A stretch of DNA of 64,000 nt from positions 20,646,001 through 20,710,000 of the forward strand of contig NC_043000.1 in the NCBI RefSeq assembly GCF_006345805.1, in the 5' to 3' direction. The position numbers and the translations under genes are program-made. This document shows, in pieces, positions 38,545-53,716 of the stretch; positions within the stretch are counted from its first letter, which is position 1, and each line of letters starts with the position of its first letter. The notes under the pieces were generated by a model. The model was not told the DNA's origin. It worked only from the letters and a program-made list of their open reading frames with translations, and searched no databases. The stretch comes from Octopus sinensis (lineage: Eukaryota).

Positions 38545-39294
38545 GTATGTAGAGTTTTACTTTAACATCATGTTCGTCAATAAATCTATTCCTGCTAAAT
38601 TATAGAATTTGATAGTATATAAGACATGCTTTTTTTAACGAAAAGTCAGGCAAAAAAAATCACTCTGGGTTCTATATGCAAAGTCATCGTAAATATTGCA
38701 TGCTTTGATGCACTAAAATCTTTTCTTCCTGAATATGCAATGCTGAAGCTGGGATGCATCAAATATGCCCATGCACATCTTTCATGCTATCAAATATGGC
38801 ACAATGTTGAAGAAAGATAAAAATTTTTCTCAAATCCACATTTCTTCTGTAATAATTCAATTCACATCTGGCATGTATTATAGGAATCAATTCTAGTACT
38901 TGACAGTTTTCACTTTTACTTACATTACAAAAGCATTACACTCTTCCAAATCTTGCCATAATGTGTCATTCCATAAAAACCAATCCTTTTTTCCCAATGC
39001 TAAATGAAAATCAATGAATATGGAAGGCAACCAAAAACTATTTTTCACATTATGGAACTCCATGTTAATGCAACATTTTCATGAATGCAATGCTTCTGTA
39101 ATACAGTGGGTACCTGACCCCTAGTTTATCATCCTTGAAGGATAAAAACTAAACATGATCCTTGCAGACTTTGAACTCAGAATGTAAATTGCCTGTACCT
39201 AAATACCACAGGCATTTTGTCTGAAGTTCCAATAATTCTGATAATTTATCCACCTTAATCCTGATCATATATTAGGAATAACATATAGTGAAGT

Positions 39295-39604
39295 TTGCTG
39301 TTGTTTGTTCCTTCTCGAGCCATGCCCGGCTCATTAGGGCCAGTTTCCTGGTTTCCTTGGTATATAAGTTCCCCACCTGGATGGGATGCCGGTCCATTGC
39401 AGGTGAGCTGCAAGATGCAGGAGGAAAGAGTGAGAGAAAGTTGTGGCGAAAGAGTCAGCAGAAGTTCGCCATTACCTTCTGCTGGAGCTGCGTGGAGCTT
39501 AGGTGTTTCGTTCATAAACACACACATCGCCCAGTCTGAGATTCGAACCCACGATCTCTCGACCGCCAGTCCGCTGCTCTAACCACTAGGCCATGTGCCT
39601 CCAC
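39295..39604 (-). mobile_element. tRNA-derived SINE, family A2
   Basis: Reverse copy of 2370, TSD ATATAGTGAAGT. Confidence 0.9.
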
Positions 39605-40914
39605 ATATAGTGAAGTGATATGTCAGGACTGTTTTGTTGAGTACAACAGTAATTTTACTTCTACAAACAACATTGTGTCAAAGCCCAAAGAACTTGACAG
39701 GAAGATTTGCGTTAGCAACAGTAAACCAAAAAGAGATTTCAAGGAATGTCAGTAATTTTAATTGCTCTGACTGAACACGTTGGCATTATATGTGGTTTGT
39801 CAATCTGCTAGTAATAGTTGCTAAATCTTCCTCAAATCACACCTTACCATCTTAAACAGGAAGGAGGAATATTAGATATACTGTGTCTGAGAAAAGAAAG
39901 AAGACAGGATTGTCATAGCTGGAATTCCTTTGAGCAGAGGTTTCCTGAATCAAGGATAACTGTGGTATTAAACAATAGATTACTCTTTTACTTGTTTCAG
40001 TCATTTGACGGTGGCCATGCTGGAGCACCACCTTTAGTCAGGCAAATCGACCCCAGGACTTATTCTTTGTAAGCCTAGTACTTATTCTATCAGTCTCTTT
40101 TGCCGAACCGCTAAGTTACGGGGATGTAAACACACCAGCATCGGTTGTCAAGCGATGTTGGAGGGACAAATACAGACACACAAACACACACACACAAACA
40201 TATACACACACACATATATATACATATATACGATGGGCTTCTTTCAGTTTCCATCAACCAAATCCACACACAAGGCTTTGGTCAGCCTGAGGCTATAGCA
40301 GGAGACACTTGCCCAAGGTGCCACGCAGTAGGACTGAACCCAGAACCATGTGGTTCGTAAGCAAGCTACTTACCGCACAGCCTACAGATTAAAGATATTT
40401 CTTGCACAAAATTCTTTGATCCAAAGATTGCTGTAATTGCTGCATTAGTTCTATGCTGCTATTCATTTTGAAGTGACAGAATGGCTTCAGCACTAATTGA
40501 CTTAAGAATTGACCATGTTCTGAAGAGAATTTCACCCCAAGGATCATGCCTTGGGCATATTCGGTACAACATTTTGCAGTTTTTTGTTTTTGCTTTTTAG
40601 TTTGTTTTTTTTTTCTCAGAATGTGGTTCCAATATCAAAAATGCTGCTCTACTAAAACCTAAAGATATAACTAGATGCTACTTGTAGTAGATTACTAACC
40701 AATGGGGGAGAGCACTTCTGTACAGTAACTCAGTCTGCTAGAAGTAGCGGGAAATATTTCCTCAAATCATACCCTGTTGTTTTATGAAACGAAGGGTATA
40801 TAAGACTATATAGTGCCACATACTTATAAGGATGGGATGGGATGGGATGGTTGTGGCTGGTACCCCCTTTGATAGTAGGTCACCCAATCAACTATAGAAG
40901 CACTAAAACCAAGC

Positions 40915-40924
40915 CACTACTGTA

Positions 40925-40968
<44 letters not shown>

Positions 40969-41200
40969 CAACACCAACACCACCGTCACCATCACCATCA
41001 CCACTACTACTACTATATCCACCACTACTACCACCACCATCATCACCACCACCATCACCACCACCACCACCACCATCACCACCACCATCACCACCATCAT
41101 CACCACCACCATCATCACCATCACAACCATCACCACCACCACCACTACTACTTCTACTACCACCACCACCACCACCACCACCAAACTACTACAACTACTA
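40915..41200. repeat. (CTA/CCA/CAT)n trinucleotide mosaic
   Basis: Visible directly. Confidence 0.95.
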
Positions 41201-42292
41201 CTTGTGGAAGATAAACCAAAATAAGAATGTGAAAGAATAAACTTAGCTAATTTAAGGAGGCTGACTGAATATTCCATTTTCAGCTGAAATTTATGATTAA
41301 TGATGGTCCCTTTTTATGTGAATTCTTCTTCTATTTGTAAAATGTTCTGTTTGAAAATTCCTTCAAATTTCTCTTTCATTCTAAGTTTTCAAAGTTGGCT
41401 TCCATTAGTAATCTCTCAGGAGCTACACTCTACATACTCACAAAACTGTTTCTTTGTACAATCAGATAAAATACAATAAGTTTTTCCACATCAGCAACAT
41501 TCATTTAGTCAGTTCTGGTTTATGTAATCCATTAAATATATGATTGATATCTCCGACAATGACAGCTGTTTGAATAGAAAAGTACTGACTGACTTGAGAT
41601 CATTCCTGTTTCTAGTTTCAAAAGCTGTTTCATTGTCTGCTATAACAATAGCCATCTCGGAGATAAGAATAGCAAGACTTCTTATATATTGTGTTATAGT
41701 ACATGTAATAGCATACAATTGACAAATGTAACACCTTATGTTGCTGTATTCTTTAAATAAAAAATTCTGTTCCATGCAATATGTATTATGCTATGCAACA
41801 GCCTCTGTGTGGTTGCTAGAAATAGAAGTCAAATTTCCCTCCAGTGGCACGTAAAAGAACTATCTGAACATGGCCGTTGCCAGCACCGCCCCAACTGGCC
41901 TCCATGCCAGTGGCACGTAAAAAGCACCAACCGATCGTGGCTATTGCCAGCCTCACCTGGCACCTGTGCTGGTGGTACATAAAAAGCACCCACTACACAC
42001 ACGGAATGGTTGGCATTAGGAAGGGCATCCAGCTGTAGAAACACTGCCAGATCAGACTGGGCCTGGTACAGCCTCCTGGCTTCCCAGACTCCAGTCAAAC
42101 CGTCCAACCCATGCTAGCATGGAAAGCGGACGTTAAACGATGATGATGATGCACCTTATTTTTAAAATAAGGATACAGAATCTGCAAAATAGCCAGCAAA
42201 TAATAATGCTTGAGTTATTTTTACATTTTTAATGAACTGACTGAACGTAAACAGTAAATCTTCATTCCCTAATAAAATTGTTTTATACAGTT

Positions 42293-42520
42293 TTAACCCT
42301 TTAATGTTCACATTATTCTGCCAAAATTAATCCTTTTTATCCACATCGTTTTGAACTAATCATGCATTATCTTGTAGCTATGAGATTTTGATGAGGTAGC
42401 TGTTAAATTTTAAAATGATATTGTAGGGTTGGTGTGAGAGACCAGATCTGGCTAGTTTGAACATAAATCAGGCAGAATACTTTTGGCCAGATATGGCTGG
42501 TTTAAATGCTAAAGGGTTAA
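42293..42520. mobile_element. piggyBac-like MITE (TTAA ends)
   Basis: TTAA-CCCTTTA...TAAAGGG-TTAA. Reverse-orientation copy at 61052-61280. Confidence 0.7.
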
Positions 42521-43162
42521 TGAAATTTGATTAGACCTGGAAGAAAATTACGTAATGTGTCTTTCTCAACTGAATCCATTTTGACAATTCATTATAACAT
42601 TATATATCACTTAAAGGAATTTTATTGATTATCCCAGATGTTTGTGCATCATGGTTTGTAGAACCCCAATAACAGATGGTAGGATCAGTTTACATCAATA
42701 GTCTGTGGCTTTCCGAATTTGGTGATCAGTATCGAAATTTTTATGAGGGTGTAGAATCCCTCGTTTTCTTGTTTATTCACAGTGAAAACATACTTGACAA
42801 TATTGGTTGATTGCATAAGTGGTTTTGAAGTGCTCTAAAGTAAGAAGAATCTTTATTTGTCTTGGCAGTATGATTTTTTAAGCACTCTTCTGGTCTTGGA
42901 GATTTCACAGATTCATTGGAAAACTCACTTTGACAAATCAGCACATTGGTAAAAGTTTGTTTGTTGGTGACAGAATAAAACCATCCTTTACTTATTTGAT
43001 ACAGTACCACCAACATTTCTCTTCTTTGGTTCTGCAAGGGTTATACCAATAAAAAATATATAATACTATAGCTGTATTTATCATTATTTATTTTTCATAT
43101 TATTCTTTAAATATGACCACCCTATCACTGCACTTATTTCAGGTAACAGTTTTATGAATAAC

Positions 43163-43678
43163 TACCATAAATCTTCGAGTATAGTCTACCCTTGAGTATA
43201 ATACACTGGGGATTTTTAAGGGGCTGTACCTCTGAAAAACCTAAACCTTGTGTATAATACGCACTCCTTCTCTAACTTGAGTCGTGCATAATTAAGCCAG
43301 CAGCACCTAGTCGAACAAACACTTCTGCACATGCATAATACAATATTGGTGATGTTCTTAACTGTCATATGGGAATGTAAATATGTTTGCAAATTGTTTT
43401 TGTTACATGTTATTCTGTGTTCTGAATACTTTTATTTTAATAAATGTTGCTTACTGCAAGTTATGGATGATTATTTTATGACTTCATTGCTTTCAGGCTT
43501 AGCTTAAGGTATTTTCACACCCAACATCACAAAATGTGTCTGAATAAACATTGCCAGACAGCAAATAGACACTCGGACATTGCTAAGAAAATATTTTTCA
43601 TTTTTAACCTCGTATCTAGGGATTTTGACCTTTAAATTTTGGGGAAAAAATGCAGATTATACTCGAGGATTTACAGTA
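43163..43678. mobile_element. pogo/Tigger-like MITE
   Basis: TACCATAAATCTTCGAGTATA / TATACTCGAGGATTTACAGTA termini with TA ends. Confidence 0.7.
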
Positions 43679-46600
43679 CTAATTGCCCCTTCCCCTCATT
43701 CTTTATCTGCCAATGTCCCCTTATTACTGCCTTGTCTTCAAGTATCTTTCTTGGGTCTAGCAGCTCCTTTGCTCTACTTTGGGAATCCCTACACTCTAGA
43801 TATTACCTTTCATGAGAATCTCCTTGCAAAGTGGCATCTCATCCATGAATTCTGTTAACCACTCATCTCTCAAACAGGATGCCTTTTTTCCAGACTATTT
43901 CATAACAAAGTGCATCATCAGGGCATTCTCTCTCCCACATTTTATTAATTCTCACATAACTCAAAGTTCAATTATGTCATAGTACAATGTCTCCACTCCA
44001 GTTTCCCCACATCACACCCAAATAATTTATTCTCTGAACAGCAACATCTCTAGAACTTCCCTACTGGAATAAGCCAATAAAAATGTAAGTCCCCTCATCA
44101 ACTTCACCTGCCTGGCAGGACTAACTGGAGTATTAGCCACTGTTCACTGAGGAGTGAAGCTAAGATGTTTTTTTATGAAGTATTTCCTTTATGCATACAC
44201 TTGCAAGATATTTGTTTCTATTAGCAATATAATTCTCATTTCTGTAAGTTGAATTTAAATGGTTTCAAAGTTCACTTCAGTTATTAGAGTTCTCTCAGCA
44301 AAGTTTTCTTTTTCTTTTATTCATTTATTTATTTATTTTGGTTTTTGTTGTTTTCAGCAATCAAAAACATAATTAAATAAATAAAATAAAGAAGAAAGCA
44401 TTAAAAAATTCTCGCTATTTCTGGTTGCTTCAATTACTTTCTGGTTTTGATTGTTCTATATCTCTAGCTTTGTATATAAGCAATAATTTTGTTAAGTGTT
44501 TCCCTTTTTACTAAACATTAATAACTACACATCAGTTATTTTGTTGTTGCAAGTACAAGGAGCTTGTCTTCAGAAAACATATATTTCATATATTCTGTAC
44601 ATTTACCTTTATATGTAATAACCTAATTCTATTTATAGGTGTTTGTTCGTTTTGGTCAATATTGTATTTTATTATATATTAGCGGTGATGATTTGGAAGA
44701 ATCATTAGAGGGCTGAGAAAATGCTTCGCAGTATTTGTTCCAGGTCCCTTTCTTCTGAGTTCAAATCCTGTGGAGGCCAACCTTACCTTTTATCCTTTTA
44801 GGTACTTGATAAAATAAAGAATTATCAAGCATAGGGGGTGATATATTCAACAAACTCTTTCTCCTAAAGATTTGAGCCTTGTGCCTATGTTAAACACATG
44901 CACACACAAACACACACACATGCATGCATATACCATGTGCATGTGTGTAGGCATGGTTATATAGTTTAGGAAATTCATTTAGCATCTCTGTGGTTCCTGT
45001 TCAATTTCAACGGCCCCATTCTGGATAAATTTTTTCTGCTATAGCATGAAGTTGACCAATACTCTGCAAATGGAAATTGGTTGATAGAAAACTGTTTTCT
45101 GGAACATGCTTGTGTTTATTCAAATGGGAATTGGCCAATTTCTTTTGAGAAGTTACAATACGAATTCCAAGTGGGATGCTTAGAGATCCTCCGTAGCAGT
45201 TTTTCACTCAACACCTAAACCAATACAATTTCTTGGCTTTTCATTTCTCTTCTGCAGAACAATACAACCATTTGGGATTCCTATGTTGTCAATAATTAGT
45301 GCTTTATTGTCCTTTCCTCTCAGAAAATTCTAGTCATAGGATAGAATCAGGAGCATAGCAAAGTAGGGAGATGAGGGAGTGACCCACTCCGGGAGATGTT
45401 TTCATGAGGACAGCACTTTTGGATCTGTCTCTGTAAGCTTTGAGGGAGAGGGGCTGTATAAGTCTCAATAGGCTTATGAGGGTCCGAATGGACGGATGCA
45501 AACTCAAGGGCTGCCCTAGAGGTACACACTCTACCTGTGCCACTGGTTAAAGTTCCATAGTATTTTGGTATTGCCATTTTCTGAGACAGATGAGGATTCA
45601 TAAGGCGGCGAGCTGGCCAAAACATTAGCATGTCGGGCGAAATGCTTAGCAGTATTTCGTCTGTCGCTACGTTCTGAGTTCAAATTCCGCTGAGGTCGAC
45701 TTTGCCTTTCATCCTTTCGGGGTCGATTAAATAAGTACTAGTTATGCACTGGGGTCGATATAATCGACTTAATCCATTTGTCTGTCCTTGTTTGCCTTGT
45801 TTGTCCCTGCTGTATGTAGCCCCTTGTAGGCAGTAAAGAAATAAGAGTACCTCATAACCTTTTTCTAGATGGGATAGAAAATTTATCTTTAGGTTTACAT
45901 AAAGCAGCTTCGTTATGCTAGTGTGTCTTTTAGCATATTTTTTTGTAGGGGAGCTAGAATGGGACAACTTGTTACCACGTAATCCATTGTTTAAAAAAAT
46001 ACACCACACAGGAGGCCACATTTGTCATCTATAGAGCAAGTAGTGTAACTATTTCTGTCCATATACCTAAAGGTGATAACTTGCACATGTATCAATGAAA
46101 GCTGTTGATTCAGATACTCCATTCAGATGAATTTGCTCATCCAGACCAGACATACTATTTTGTTTATATATCTGGTATCCTGTTTGTGGAAGTATTGGTC
46201 ATCATTATTGATCAATATCTGTTTTCACTGCTGCTTTATGTTCACACTTCAACTGTTTTAAGATTAATCCAATTTCTTGCATTTTAATGCTGCAGATATA
46301 TTAGATCGGTAGCGGACAGTATTGTGGAGGCACGGGGCGTAGTGGTTAGGGTGTCAGCATCATGATCGTAAGATTGTGGTTTCGATTCCTGAACCGGGCG
46401 ACGCGTTGTGTTCTTGAGCAAAACACTTCATTTCATGTTGCTCCAGTCCACTCAGCTGGCAAAAATGAGTAACGCTGCGATGGACTGGCATCCCATCCAG
46501 CTGGGGAACACATACGGCATTGAAACCGGGAAACCAGGCCCATGAGCCTGGCTAGGCTTTAAAAAGGCAAAAGAGAGTGGACAGCATTAACTGCCTTCTT

Positions 46601-46724
46601 GTCTGTTAGTGTTCAAAAGTCCACTACCACCTTTAAGGCCACCTCAACTGCAATATAGACCCCCCCCCCACTCCCAGTGAGCAAAATAATGTCCATGGAG
46701 ACCTCTACAAACACAGTTACAGCA

Positions 46725-46907
46725 TACGAGCAGGTGCTGAAAAATTCCTGACTTTAATGATATCACGAAAGGCCAAAACCCTTTATGAAACTGAAGGACT
46801 TCTACAATAAGTGTGTGAATTTGAATATGTTGAATAAAATCATAATTAACTGATTCTTCTATATTTTCTTTTACCCAAAGTCAAGTATTTTTCAGCACCC
46901 CTTCATA
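46725..46907. mobile_element. Mariner-like MITE
   Basis: TACGAGCAGGTGCTGAAAA / TTTTTCAGCACCCCTTCATA. Partial relative at about 12278-12418. Confidence 0.65.
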
Positions 46908-47481
46908 CATAAGTTTGCACTGGATCCTGAGGCCTATGGGACTCCTGGGCAAATGTCCAGTGCCTTAAGATGGCATTAACCTCCTTTTCTCCTAGGAATG
47001 TACAGTAGTTGACTGATAGACTTATTGTGTAGTGTGTGGCACATTTTTAACAGATATCTCATACTGTGTTCCATGAAATCTTTGTTATATTTCAGTGCAA
47101 CACAACAGATCATGCTCTAACTGACATTATAAATGTTTTAATATGACAGTGTTAATTACTAAAGAAGTTAGTAATTAGCACTCTCAATGATTTTGTCAGA
47201 TCATTCATATTTCTCATTTACCCACCTTTCACACACATACACATCATTTTGTGCTTGCATTATTTGTCATTTAAATATTTTGTTGACTTTGTACTTTGCT
47301 ATATTTTTGTAAAAATGTACAATATCGAATACAAGCATTATGTAAAGGAACTGTTTACTATTACTGCTGTTATCTCTATCCAGTACGTTTTAAATCTGTT
47401 ATGTTATTATTTGTTGCTAACAACTTTTATCTTCTTAAAAAAATCTGATGATCTGATGATGTACTTTGTAGTAATGATTAT

Positions 47482-48042
47482 TATTGGGTTGTCTGGAAAG
47501 TTCGTGCTGATTTATAGTAGCTTATTTTAGAACATGGTTGAGTCCTTAAAATAGGATTTGACTACACCTCCATTTAGAGCACAATTTAAGCTATCTTTTC
47601 GTGGAAGAAAGTTTATGTTCCTATAACCTGTGTTAATTCTGTAATTCTTTAAAAAATGAAAGATAAGAAAGTTAATTTTCGGCACTTGATGCTTTGGGAA
47701 CCAAACAAAAATTGCTGCAGCTCGGCTGGGATGTGTTGCCCCACACTCCATATTCACCAGATATTGTTCCTTTGGATATCCACTTATTCAGGTCTCTGCA
47801 AAATAGTTTTAATGGTAAAAATTTCAATTCCTTGGATGATGTAAAAAAGATACCTTGATGAATTCTTTGCCATGAAACCACCTCAATTTTGGGGAAAGGG
47901 TATTTTAAAGTTAAAGGAAAGATGGAGACACATTGTGCAACAAAATGGTTCATATTTGGTTGATTAAAACTGTAATGGCAAGTATTTATTGACCTTTTTC
48001 TTTCCTTTAAAAATTGGCACAAACTTCCCGGACAACCCAATA
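47482..48042 (+). mobile_element. Mariner deletion derivative (3' transposase fragment) with TIRs and TA TSD
   Basis: TA-TTGGGTTGTCTGGAAAG / CTTCCCGGACAACCCAA-TA. LGWDVLPHTPYSPDIVPLDIHLFRSLQN...ERWRHIVQQNG with one frameshift. Confidence 0.85.
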
Positions 48043-49404
48043 TTATTTTTGTTAAATATCTGTTGACAGGAGAAATGTCCAATCCCAGAATTCCCTCCCC
48101 TACCTGGAGCAAAATCATTTGCTCAGCTGATCAATCTGTCACATTATTTTGTCACTTGTACATCTTTAGTGCAAAGAACATTTCAATATCCTTACAATAT
48201 TGTTTCATAATAATAAAGGAAATCCCAAACTGGAGACCATTTGCAGCTTTCAGTTCTATGTCATCCATGAAGAAATGGTGGATAAGTCTAGTGTTGGTAT
48301 TGTTCCTATGGCTGATAAATATTTGGCATGTGTGTATGTGTGGCAGGGAGGGGCTCTGATCTATTTTTATTCAGTGCAAAATGTATCTGATTTCTAGTAG
48401 AGATTCATTGAACACCTGCAAAATGTCAGCAATTTATAACAGTCTTGAAATAGCATCGGACAATGTTTAAATTCATTTCCTTTATACATTGAGTTTTTAG
48501 CATCTCGGTTGCTAGGTAATGTTCTCAGAGAGTTCTATGTCTGACGTATCTTGAGGAGACAAATGACTACTTGCTGCTATCTACATTACTGTTTTTGAAT
48601 GTGTGTGTTCTAATAAAGAAATGAATCCAAATCCATTAATACATTAAATATTAATCTGGATGATCATTTTGTATTTTAAAGTCAGAAGGATATTAAGCAA
48701 GAATTTCTAGATTTTTGACATGTGAGGATACATTTCTTTACTGCCTGCAAGGGGCTTAACATAGAGTGGACAAACAAGGACAGACAAAGGGATTAAGTTG
48801 ATTACATTGACCCCAGTGCGAAACTGGTACTTTATTTATCGACCCTGAAAGGATGAAAGGCAAAGTCGACCTTGGCGGAATTTGAACTCAGAACGTAATG
48901 ACAGACAAAATACAGCTATGCATTTCACCTGGCATGCTAACGTTTCTGCCAGCTCGCCACCTTTTGACATGTGAGGATGATCTAAAGTTGTAAAGTGGGT
49001 ACACAGTTGTATTTATGTTAGCATCTGTTCTTGTTATTTTATAGTTCTATGTAGTTAGTCATTATCTGTTTAACATATCTTTACTGTCATTGTTCATTAT
49101 GACCCTTTATCCAATATAGATTTTTGTTTTTGTTTTTTATGCTTTTTTCTGGGGGGTTTTTTATTGTACATTTCCTCTTTGTACTGTCTGCCAAAATCTA
49201 GGTTCATGTATGTGATAAAAGAATATCTAGTCAAAGTCAACTTTACCCTTCATCCTTTTGTGGTCGATAAATTAAGTACCAGTTGAGCACTGGGGTCAAT
49301 GTACCAAAACTGAAATCATCATTATTATTATTATTATTTTGTTTTTTTTTTCTTCTTTCAAATTTGCTTCCATTTCTTGCCGAGCGTCTTCCCGACTCCT
49401 AGGG

Positions 49405-49642
49405 CAAATTATTATTATTATGATTATTATTATTATCATTATTATTATTATTATCATCATCATCATTATTATCATTGATTATTATTATTATTATTATCAT
49501 TATTATTATTATTATCATCATCATCGTTATTATCATTGCCTTTGCACCAATTATTATAAGCTTGACCTTTACTGTTCACATGTTCCAAATTCTTCCTATT
49601 TGAAATTTTAGGCAATTGTATTTATTATTATTATTATTATTA

Positions 49643-49698
<56 letters not shown>

Positions 49699-49712
49699 AT
49701 TATTATTATTAT
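49405..49712. repeat. (ATT)n tracts just upstream of reelin exon 3
   Basis: Visible directly. Confidence 0.95.
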
Positions 49713-49764
49713 ATGATAGACAGATTCTCATTACATCAGTAAATCATCAATTTAATTTTTTCAG

Positions 49765-49835
49765 TGCCACAGCAGCCCTCAGCAATATTTTGCTATTCAA
49801 AGATACCACAGTTCTTCAGCTCTGTGAAAAAGGAG
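49765..49835 (+). CDS. RELN: Reelin ortholog, coding exon 3 (end of reeler domain)
   Basis: tttttcag acceptor. 71 nt, phase 2 in and phase 1 out (G|GTAAG). ATAALSNILLFKDTTVLQLCEKG aligns without gaps to reelin [23 protein letters not shown]. Confidence 0.93.
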
Positions 49836-51467
49836 GTAAGACATTCTTGAGCATTATTTCTATATTATTAACTACTTTGGTTCTCTTTTCAAATTCAAAT
49901 CCTAACAGTATTTAGGATGTATCTCAATGATAATACAGATTGGATACAAAATTGATTGTTGGAATGTGAAATATTATTAAAACAGCTTATTTCTGGATTG
50001 TCTCTTTTTTCCCTAGTTGGTCATTTAAATTATAAAATAGGGAATTTCCAGCTATTCGTGCTATTTTTTATATTTTTTTTTTTTTTATATTTTACTTGTT
50101 TCAGTCATTTGACTGCGGCCATGCTGGAGCACCGCCTTTAGTCGAGCAAATCGACCCCGGGACTTATTCTTTGTAAGCCCAGTACTTATTCTATCGGTCT
50201 CTTTTGCCGAACCGCTAAGTGATGGTTGTCAAGCTAGGGGGACAAACACAGACACACAAACACATACATATATATATATATACATATATACGACAGGCTT
50301 CTTTCAGTTTCCATCTACCAAATCCACTCACAAGGCATTGGTCGGCCCGGGGCTATAGCAGAAGACACTTGCCCAAGATGCCACGCAGTGGGACTGAACC
50401 CAGAACCATGTGGTTGGTTAGCAAGCTACTTACCACACAGCCACTCCTGCGCCTATTTTGTGATATTTTGTGAAAATTCTTTGTTTGGGATGGAGATTAA
50501 ACATAGCGTTTGGTGTAGCCAATAGTCCTGAGATTTGTGTATTAATAGGATTGTACAGCTAAGATTAAGTTCAAAAGATATTCTACTCCACAGAATTCGG
50601 CTTTTACCATTATGATGCACTATTCGTTTGCAAACTTTTGACAGCCGAACAATAGAGTCTATTCAAAGAGTTAACTCTGTAAACACCACAGCTTATACTA
50701 GTCTAAGTATAATTAATTTCTTAGATATAATTCTAGAATTAGGCGCTGGTAAATATTAATTTACAACAAATTTAACATGCAATTTCAGCATATTAATACA
50801 AATCCTAATTATCATATAAAACCTAAGTTAATAGCATTAACGAGCATGCAATCCAATTATTTTCTGAAGAGGAATCATTTTAGTATGCTACTCATTTATT
50901 AGAATGACGTGGTAAAAGACAGATATTTTAAAGATACAATATATTACATAAAGAACGATATCTATATTCATAAACACAAAAGATAGAAAACTAAACATAG
51001 TATAGTGCAATCCTCTCTAAAGTTTAAATGTTTGTTTTAATGTTGCCAGAATTTTTCCAAACCTTTCAATTATGCATTGCCCTATAGACTGTAGATATTA
51101 TATGATTTGTGATTTTTTTTTTAAAGCGTTATGGTTAGATAGCGCTTAGGAAATTCATTTCTATTTCCACGGAAATAAACAGAAAAAACATTTATGATAC
51201 GAACACGCAAAACTCTTTTCTAAGTAATTGCAATAATCTTTATATCCAGCCTTTAAACGATTATATCTTTCTAAAGCATTAAATTCGTGAAGGTAATTAT
51301 CGATGGCAATGGAATAAGCTATACAAAGCTGCCACAATCTGTCATATCTACAATGATGTTCATATTAAAAAATATATACATATTCATGACCACTAAAACG
51401 TTATTAAAAAAGAGTCGCATCCCATATAATTACTTGTGATTTTTATACATAGCAGACATGAAAACGT

Positions 51468-51499
51468 TGTGTGTGTGTATGTATGTGTGTGTGTGTGTG

Positions 51500-51543
<44 letters not shown>

Positions 51544-51705
51544 ATGGATGGATGGATGGATGGATGGATGGATGGATGGATGGATGGATGGATGGATGGA
51601 TGGATGGATGGATGGATGGATGGATGGATGGATGGATGGATGGATGGATGGATGGATGGATGGATGGATGGATGGATGGATGGATGGATGGATGGATGGA
51701 TGGAT
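51468..51705. repeat. (TG)n followed by a pure (TGGA)n array
   Basis: Visible directly. Confidence 0.95.
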
Positions 51706-52496
51706 ATACGAAAATATTGAGTATTCTTTAAATAGTAATGAGCAGATGAAGTAGGGATACATTTTTTCAAAGTTTTTATTTTCCGTCTCCAAATCAAATC
51801 ACGATTGACAAATGTTGCGATGTTTTTACGAATACTTTTGCTTATTGCTTACATAAGTTGTCACATTGCTTGCGTGCTTCAATCGCTTATATAAGGGAAA
51901 TCATAAAACTCAGAATTTCACTGTAAGAAGTCCTGCAAATGAAACATACACACTTTGTGCTTTTTCTGCAAACACAAAGGTTCAGCAATCCTGAGTTCAA
52001 ATTCCGCCGAGGTCGACTTTGCCTTTCATCCTTTCGGGGTCGATAAATTAAGTACCAGTTACGCACTGGGGTCAATGTAATCGACTTAATCCGTTTGTCT
52101 GTCCTTGTTTGTCCCCTCTATGTTTAGCCCCTTGTGGGCAATAAAGAAACATATATAAAGGTAAAGACACCCTTCGGTCATGAATGACCATGGGATTGCA
52201 CCTAGAAAGTTACCCTCCTAGATACAAGTCCGGGCAAGGTTGTTTATGGAAGACCAGCAGTCGCCCATGCATACCAGCCTCCCCTCTCCACGCCACCAGT
52301 GTTATCCAAGGGAAAGACAAAGGTCGATACAGCTTGGCACCAGTGACGTCGCAACTCACTTCTACAGCTGAGTGAACTGGAGCAACGTGAAATAAAGTGC
52401 TTTGCTCAAGAACACAACACGCAGCCCGGTCCGGGATTCGAGCTCACAACCTCACGATCGTAAGCTCGACGCTCTAACCACTGAGCCATATATATA

Positions 52497-52549
<53 letters not shown>

Positions 52550-53407
52550 GTGTGTGTATGTATGGATTATGCTTGTATGCATGCGCATACACACACACAT
52601 ACATAAGAAGCAAAATCATTCGTGAAGGCGCGTTACTTAGTGGTTAGGGGCATTCGGCTCATGATCGTAAAGTCGTGAGTTCAATTCCCGGCGGCACGTT
52701 GGGTCCTTGGGCAAGACACTTTATTTCGTGTTGCTCCAGCCCACTCAGCTGGCAAAAATGAGTAGTACCTGTATTTCAAAGGGTCAGATTGTCACAATCT
52801 GTGTCACGCTGAATCTCCCCGAGAACTACATTAAGGGTACACGTGTTTGTGGAGTGCTCAGCCACTTGCATGTTAATTTCACGAGCAAGCTGTTCCGTTG
52901 ATTGTATCAGCTGGGTCCCTCGTCGTTGCAACCGACGGAGTGCTCCTAGAAACAAAATCATTTATACAGTAGTACACATTTGAAAAAAGTCAATAGGAGT
53001 GGCTGTGTGGTAAGTAGCTTACTAACCAACCACATGGTTCCGGGTTCAGTCCCACTGCGTGGCATCTTGGGCAAGTGTCTTCTGCTATAGCCCCGGGCTG
53101 ACCAATGCCTTGTGAGTGGATTTGGTAGACGGAAACTGAAAGAAGCCTGTCGTATATATGTATATACATATATAAGTGTGTGTGTATATGTTTGTGTGTC
53201 TGTGTTTGTCCCCCTAGCATTGCTTGACAACCGATGCTGGTGTGTTTACGTCCCCGTCACTTAGCGGTTCGGCAAAAGAGACCGATAGAATAAGTACTGG
53301 GCTTACAAAGAATAAGTCCGGGGGTCGATTTGCTCGACTAAAGGCGGTGCTCCGGCATGGCCGCAGTCAAATGACTGAAACAAGTAAAATAGTAAATAGT
53401 AAAATAG

Positions 53408-53659
53408 TAAGAATGACTTGTCTGATAATTATTTTCCACTTTAACGATTCGATGTAAATAAATCGTATCGTGATTCTGTTTTTCTCAGTGATCACTGTTT
53501 TCTGGGGATTTTTTTCTTTTTCCTTTTGAAAAAGAGACTTTAAAAAAAAATCTCTCATCACTGAAAAAAACGGAGTCATAATATGATTTGTAAACATCTA
53601 ACGATTTCGAAACATTTAATCATTAACGTGGAAAATAATTATCAGAAAAGTCATTCTTA
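53408..53659. mobile_element. MITE with about 35-bp TIRs and TA ends
   Basis: taagaatgacttgtctgataattattttccac / gtggaaaataattatcagaaaagtcattctta. Confidence 0.6.
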
Positions 53660-53669
53660 TCCACTTTTC

Positions 53670-53716
<47 letters not shown>

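Noticed and set aside
45007-45215. Minus-strand ORFs (MKNCYGG... / VLSEKLLRRISKHP...)
   Set aside because: No recognisable homology and no consistent splice context.
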